The notes under the pieces were generated by a model. It ran no database searches, was not told where the DNA came from, and saw only the letters and a program-made list of their open reading frames with translations. This document shows, in pieces, positions 58,835-64,000 of a stretch of DNA of 64,000 nucleotides. Location of the stretch: contig JAZNOU010000007.1 of assembly GCA_045589295.1 (NCBI GenBank), positions 81,393 through 145,392 of the forward strand, given 5' to 3'. The position numbers and the translations under genes were made by a program. The stretch comes from Clostridia bacterium (GTDB taxonomy: Bacteria > Bacillota > Clostridia > RGIG6154). Numbering within the stretch: position 1 is the first letter of the stretch; the number at the start of each line of letters is the position of its first letter.

Positions 58835-61033
58835 ATGAAAATTTTAATGGTTTTAATGGGTATGGAAATTGGTGGTGCTGAAACTCACGTTTTAGAGCTT
58901 TCCGCCGACCTTAAAAATAAAGGTTATGAAGTTTTAGTTGCATCTAACGGCGGAGTTTATACAAAAGAGCTTTCAGAACATGGCATAAAACATATAAATC
59001 TTCCTCTTAATACAAGAAATATTTTTAAAATGACAAAGTCATTTTTCGGACTTTTAAAACTTATAAAATCAGAAAAACCTGATATAGTTCATTCGCACGC
59101 AAGAATTCCTTCATTTATTCTGGGCATCTTAAACAAGTTTTTAAAATTCAACTTTGTAACAAGTGCTCACTGGGTGTTTGACACCTCGGGAATTTTAAAA
59201 CATATTACTAACTGGGGTAGCCGTTGTGTTGCGGTGAGCGATGACATTAAAAAATATCTTAAAGACAATTACCATGTTGTTGATCAGGATATATATGTTA
59301 CCATCAACGGCATAAATATGGAAAAATTTTCTCCCGACAACTACTGTGATGATATTATTGACGAGTTTGGTCTTTCCAATGATAAAAGAAAAATTGTGTA
59401 TATAAGCAGAATGGACGAAGATCGCAGCTTGGTTGCCCACCATTTGATTGAGATTGCACCATCACTTCTAAAAAAAGAAGACCTTGAAATTATAATTGTC
59501 GGTGGTGGCAACGATTATGAAAAAGTTAAACTTGAAGCTGAAATACAAAACCAAAAAACAGGCAAAAAGTTTATTTATACAATAGGTGCAAGAACTGACA
59601 TTTCAAAATTTATTTCAATTGCCGACTTTTTTGTTGGTGTTTCTCGCTCTGCGCTTGAAGCAATGAGCGCCGCAGTCCCATCAATAATTGCGGGAAACGA
59701 AGGGTATATTGGGATTTTTGACGAAAATGTTTTAGATATTTGCTTCAAAACTAACTTTTGTTGCAGAGAAACGCAAGCTTCTTCCCCACTGCTTTTAGAA
59801 AAAGATTTGCTTAGACTTTTAAATGCCGATAAACCTGACCTTGAACGATTAAGTAACTACTCAAGACAGACAATTAAATCAAATTACTCTGTTGATGCCA
59901 TGACAAAAGTTTATGAAAAAATGTACGAAAGTATTTTAAGAGTCCCCCAAGGCTCCACTGATATTGTTGTATCAGGATATTATGGTCATAAAAACAGTGG
60001 TGATGACGCCTTGCTTTCAGCAATCATCAGTGATATTAAAGATATTGATAATTCGGTAAGATTTACTGTACTTTCCAAGAGTCCTAAAGAAACAAAAGAA
60101 ATTTATGGTGTTGATGCGATTTACAGATTTAACTTTTTAAAGGTTCACAAAATCATAAAAAACTCCAGACTTTTAATAAGCGGAGGCGGAAGTCTTATTC
60201 AAGATGCTACAAGTAGCCGTTCACTTTTGTACTATCTTAACATTATAAAAATGGCACTTAACAACAACATCAAAACATTTGTGTATGCTAACGGAGTTGG
60301 ACCAGTTAATAAACAAAAAAACAAATCATTAACCAAGAAATTTTTAAACAGGGTTAATTTAATTACACTACGTGAAAAACATTCAAAAGATGTTTTAAAC
60401 GAACTTGGTGTCACGAAACCTGATATTTACGTCACCTCAGACCCTGCAATTTCCATAGTCCCCTCACCCAAAGAACGTGTTAAAGAAATTTTTGCAAATG
60501 AAAATATCCCAGAAGGTAATTATGCAGTAATTTCTTTAAGAAACTGGAAAACAAATGCTTACAAAGATAGTATAATACAGCTTTCAGAATACATCAAAAA
60601 GACATATTCTTTAAACTGTGTTTTTGTACCTATGCAACCTAAAAAAGACTTGGCAATATGTACCGAATGTTCACAAAACGGATATGTTTTGAAAAATTCA
60701 TACAGTTTTAAAGACATTATGTCAATAGCAGCACACAGTAATCTTGTTATTGGTATGCGTCTACACATGCTAATGTTTGGTGCAAATGCGGGCATTCCTG
60801 TGATAGGACTTTCATACGACCCAAAAATTTCTGCTTACCTTGCATATCTAAATCAGGACTACATTGTAGACTCAGAAAACTGTTCATTTACTGATTTAAA
60901 AGTTATTGTTGACATAATTATGAATGATTATAATAAAATCAAATTAGGACTTTCACATAAAGTGTCTGAACTCAAAGAATTACAACATAAGAATGCTGAA
61001 CTTGCGATAAAACTTCTGGAGGGCAAGCTATGA
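58835..61033 (+). CDS. csaB: GT4 glycosyltransferase fused to polysaccharide pyruvyl transferase CsaB
   Basis: N-half GGAETH, HSHARIP, SRSALEAM. C-half SGYYG..NSGDDA, SGGGSLIQD.TS.RSL.YY, GMRLH, SYDPK. Confidence 0.88.
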   Translation: MKILMVLMGMEIGGAETHVLELSADLKNKGYEVLVASNGGVYTKELSEHGIKHINLPLNTRNIFKMTKSFFGLLKLIKSEKPDIVHSHARIPSFILGILNKFLKFNFVTSAHWVFDTSGILKHITNWGSRCVAVSDDIKKYLKDNYHVVDQDIYVTINGINMEKFSPDNYCDDIIDEFGLSNDKRKIVYISRMDEDRSLVAHHLIEIAPSLLKKEDLEIIIVGGGNDYEKVKLEAEIQNQKTGKKFIYTIGARTDISKFISIADFFVGVSRSALEAMSAAVPSIIAGNEGYIGIFDENVLDICFKTNFCCRETQASSPLLLEKDLLRLLNADKPDLERLSNYSRQTIKSNYSVDAMTKVYEKMYESILRVPQGSTDIVVSGYYGHKNSGDDALLSAIISDIKDIDNSVRFTVLSKSPKETKEIYGVDAIYRFNFLKVHKIIKNSRLLISGGGSLIQDATSSRSLLYYLNIIKMALNNNIKTFVYANGVGPVNKQKNKSLTKKFLNRVNLITLREKHSKDVLNELGVTKPDIYVTSDPAISIVPSPKERVKEIFANENIPEGNYAVISLRNWKTNAYKDSIIQLSEYIKKTYSLNCVFVPMQPKKDLAICTECSQNGYVLKNSYSFKDIMSIAAHSNLVIGMRLHMLMFGANAGIPVIGLSYDPKISAYLAYLNQDYIVDSENCSFTDLKVIVDIIMNDYNKIKLGLSHKVSELKELQHKNAELAIKLLEGKL

Positions 61034-61440
61034 GAATACTTGGCGTTGATTACGGTGAAAAAAGAACAGGAATTTCAGTTTCTGATGCACTAGGAATGAC
61101 TGCACAAGGTGTTAAAACAATTTTTGAAAGTTATGTACCTAAAGTTGCCAAAGAAGTTGCAGATATTTCAAAGGAACTTTCTGCTGAAAAAATAGTCGTT
61201 GGTCTTCCTAAGAACATGGACGGAAGTATTGGATTTAGGGGTGAAGCGACATTTAATTTTATTGAAGAACTAAAAAAAGTAACAGATTTACCTATAATTA
61301 CATGGGATGAAAGATTATCTACAGTATCTGCCATAAAATCTTTAAATGAAACTAACACCAGAGGAAAAAAAAGAAAAGAAGTAGTTGATACTGTTGCAGC
61401 CATGTACATCTTACAGAATTATTTAGACAGCATATTTTAA
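61030..61440 (+). CDS. ruvX: RuvX/YqgF-family nuclease
   Basis: GVDYGEKRTG.SVSD, VGLP.NMDG, WDERLST, D..AA..ILQ.YLD. Confidence 0.95.
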   Translation: MRILGVDYGEKRTGISVSDALGMTAQGVKTIFESYVPKVAKEVADISKELSAEKIVVGLPKNMDGSIGFRGEATFNFIEELKKVTDLPIITWDERLSTVSAIKSLNETNTRGKKRKEVVDTVAAMYILQNYLDSIF

Positions 61441-61548
61441 TTATCCATTCGTTTGATATTGGCGTTTTGAAACAAGTCCAAATAAATTTTTACCAACAAG
61501 AAAAAACTGATAATAAAGACTAATTTAAAAAATTGGAGGTAGAAATTG

Positions 61549-62910
61549 ATGAAAAAATCATACTCGGAAATAACACCATATGTAAAAGAACTTGCTGCTT
61601 TATCAAACAACAATAACAATATAAAACCAGAAATGTATATCGAACACAACGTTAAACGTGGACTTCGCGACCTTGATGGTAACGGTGTCATTACAGGGCT
61701 TACTGAAATATCACAAATCAAAGCTAAGGATAAAGGTCCCAACGGCGTAGATTTACCTTGTGACGGAAAACTATACTTTCGTGGATATGATGTTAAAGAT
61801 TTAGTTGATGGATTTTACAAAAATGGTAGATTTGGATTCGAAGAAATAATATATCTACTTCTTTTTTCAATACTTCCATCAAAAGATAAACTTGAAAAAT
61901 TTAAAGAAACTCTTTCTTATTACAGAAGTCTTCCTCAATCATTTGTCCGTGACATGATATTAAAGGCGCCAAGCAAGGATATGATGAACATTTTATCCAG
62001 AAGTGTTCTTGCACTATATTCCTATGATGATAACCCTGATGATACATCTGTTGGAAATGTGTTACGGCAATGTTTGCAACTTATATCTATGTTCCCACTT
62101 CTCGCAGTTTATGGTTATCACGGATACAAGCATTATCATTTGAACAAAAGTCTGCACATAAGAAATCCAAAGTCTGAACTTTCAACTGCAGAAAACACCC
62201 TGCACATTTTGCGCAAACATGGTAATTTTACACCTCTTGAGGCCGAAGTCCTAGACCTTGCTCTAGTTCTGCACGCAGAACATGGCGGCGGTAATAATTC
62301 GACTTTTACCACACATGTTGTCACATCATCAGGAACTGATACTTACTCTGCAATAGCGGCAGCGCTCGGGTCTTTGAAAGGCCCAAGACACGGTGGAGCT
62401 AATATAAAGGTTGTGCAAATGTTTGATGACATGAAAAGCTCTATTAATATAAAAAAAGAGAAAGAAATTGAATCCTACCTCGTTAAACTTCTTAACAAAG
62501 AAGCTTTTGATAATGCCGGTCTTATTTATGGTATGGGTCACGCAGTATATTCAAAGTCTGACCCAAGAGCAGATATTTTAAAGGTGTGTGCTAAAGATTT
62601 GTCAAAAGAAAAGGGTCGTGAGGAGGATTTTGCATTATATGAAACTGTTGCAAATCTTGCTCCGCAGATTATTGGAGACAAAAGAAAGATATATAAAGGT
62701 GTGAGTGCAAATGTAGACTTTTATTCAGGTCTCATATATAAAATGCTTGAACTTCCGTATGAGCTTTACACACCTATCTTTGCAATTTCCAGAATTGCTG
62801 GATGGAGTGCACACAGAATAGAGGAAATCCAAAACAACGGAAAAATTATCCGTCCTGCATATATCAATGTGAAAGAACCAAGAAAGTACCTGGATATAGA
62901 AGACAGATAA
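61549..62910 (+). CDS. citrate (or 2-methylcitrate) synthase
   Basis: LHAEHGGGNNSTF, GPRHGGAN, GMGHAVY..SDPRA, NVDFYSG, RIAGWSAH. Confidence 0.93.
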   Translation: MKKSYSEITPYVKELAALSNNNNNIKPEMYIEHNVKRGLRDLDGNGVITGLTEISQIKAKDKGPNGVDLPCDGKLYFRGYDVKDLVDGFYKNGRFGFEEIIYLLLFSILPSKDKLEKFKETLSYYRSLPQSFVRDMILKAPSKDMMNILSRSVLALYSYDDNPDDTSVGNVLRQCLQLISMFPLLAVYGYHGYKHYHLNKSLHIRNPKSELSTAENTLHILRKHGNFTPLEAEVLDLALVLHAEHGGGNNSTFTTHVVTSSGTDTYSAIAAALGSLKGPRHGGANIKVVQMFDDMKSSINIKKEKEIESYLVKLLNKEAFDNAGLIYGMGHAVYSKSDPRADILKVCAKDLSKEKGREEDFALYETVANLAPQIIGDKRKIYKGVSANVDFYSGLIYKMLELPYELYTPIFAISRIAGWSAHRIEEIQNNGKIIRPAYINVKEPRKYLDIEDR

Positions 62911-62958
62911 ATCTAGGGCTCTCATTTATATACACATTACACAAAGGGGGTATGCACT

Positions 62959-63831
62959 ATGTTTGGTGCAGAATTTGTATTTTTAAAATTTTTAGAAAGT
63001 ATAAGAACAGACTTTTGGAATAATTTTTTTGAATCTGTAACTATTCTTGGAGAAGAGACTGTTTATATATTTTTAATTTGCATAATTTATTTTATGTTTG
63101 ACAAAAAAATTGCTCAAAAATTATTTTTTATTGCAGCCACTTCAATTGGTGTTAACTGCGTAATAAAAAACATTGTTAAACTTCCAAGACCATTTACAAA
63201 CGGAAACGTTTCGTGTGTAAGACCAGAAACCGCAACAGGTTATTCCTTTCCAAGCGGTCACACACAAATTGCATCTACCTGCACAAGCGCCCTTGCTTTT
63301 ATTTTAAAAAAGAGATGGTCAGTTATATTTGCATTTATTGCAACATTTCTTGTAGGTTTTTCAAGACTTTACCTTGGTGCACATTTTCCTGTTGATGTTA
63401 TCTTTGGTGTACTTTTGGGCATAATTTCAGCTTTTACGTTAAACAAACTGCACGACAATTCTAAAAATGTATATAAACTATACTACAGCGTCGCTTTAAT
63501 TGCCACAGTATTTGCAGGCGTATTTATCATCAACCCCAACCCTTTATACTTAGATTTTTATAAATTTTATGGTTTATTCTTAGGATTTATATGTGCAGTA
63601 AAATTTGAAGAAAGATTCGTTAAATTTACTTATGATTGTTCAATTTACAAAAAGCTTGTTCGTGTAATAATTGGTGTTGCACTCGCTTACACATTAAAAG
63701 AAAGTATAAAACTTATTCTTGTTACAGATTCGGTTATAATTTCTTATTTTTACAATGCAATAAGATACTTTATTTTAGTAACAGTTGTGTTTGGAATTTT
63801 GCCGCTTATATTTAAAAAAATTAAAATGTAA
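62959..63831 (+). CDS. PAP2-family membrane phosphatase
   Basis: K......RP, SFPSGH, SRLYLGAHFP.DV. Confidence 0.92.
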   Translation: MFGAEFVFLKFLESIRTDFWNNFFESVTILGEETVYIFLICIIYFMFDKKIAQKLFFIAATSIGVNCVIKNIVKLPRPFTNGNVSCVRPETATGYSFPSGHTQIASTCTSALAFILKKRWSVIFAFIATFLVGFSRLYLGAHFPVDVIFGVLLGIISAFTLNKLHDNSKNVYKLYYSVALIATVFAGVFIINPNPLYLDFYKFYGLFLGFICAVKFEERFVKFTYDCSIYKKLVRVIIGVALAYTLKESIKLILVTDSVIISYFYNAIRYFILVTVVFGILPLIFKKIKM

Positions 63832-63841
63832 AAAATAAATA

Positions 63842-63866
63842 TCCCCCCGTATAACGGGGGGTTTTT
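63842..63866. terminator. probably bidirectional terminator after the PAP2 gene
   Basis: CCCCCCGT-ata-ACGGGGGG flanked by T-rich tails on both strands. Confidence 0.85.
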
Positions 63867-63869
63867 CAT

Positions 63870-64000
63870 TTTCGGGCATAGCCCTAATGCTACTGGCGAC
63901 GCACAAGTGCGTTTTTTATTGGCCTGCCAGCCATGCAACTGCTACTTACTACCCATAAATGGGTCCCGCGGGTCGAACATGCTTAACTGGTCACTTTCCT
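63870..64000. ncRNA. putative structured non-coding RNA, truncated by the window edge; family not assigned
   Basis: GC-richer than its surroundings, no credible ORF, nested hairpins, abuts a bidirectional terminator. Confidence 0.45.

Noticed and set aside
63750-63938. 62-aa minus-strand ORF
   Set aside because: Crosses a terminator and the PAP2 3' end, with no RBS; the region is better explained as non-coding structure.

Overview
AT-rich chromosomal segment of a spore-forming Clostridia-like (Bacillota) bacterium, mostly housekeeping. It carries alr, nnrD, uvrA/uvrB/uvrC, radA, carD-ispD-ispF-proS, a TPP riboswitch with thiT, glyA, cca, the yqfC-yqfD-phoH-ybeY-era-yqzL-recO operon, ylbJ, bofA, a 1640-aa SLH surface protein with internal repeats, ptsH, cdaA-cdaR, glmS, tyrS, hydE, spoVG, murA, ung, tRNA-Asp and tRNA-Thr, perR-rubrerythrin, cwlD, a GT4-CsaB fusion, ruvX and citrate synthase. 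No CRISPR array, rRNA, intact transposase or integrase is visible. The main oddities are five. (1) A full-length, apparently expressed PurH homologue has most catalytic motifs replaced, making it a candidate pseudoenzyme. (2) An unassigned structured RNA-like element runs off the right edge. (3) A probable decayed island starts at tRNA-Thr, with 3x11-bp tandem repeats, an uncharacterised oxidoreductase/enolase/kinase cluster, a 5'-truncated RsbW-type gene and repeat debris. (4) disA, pgpH and glmM are all absent from their usual positions. (5) The TPP riboswitch expression platform has an extra competing hairpin. All family assignments come from motif recognition by eye; no database searches were run.
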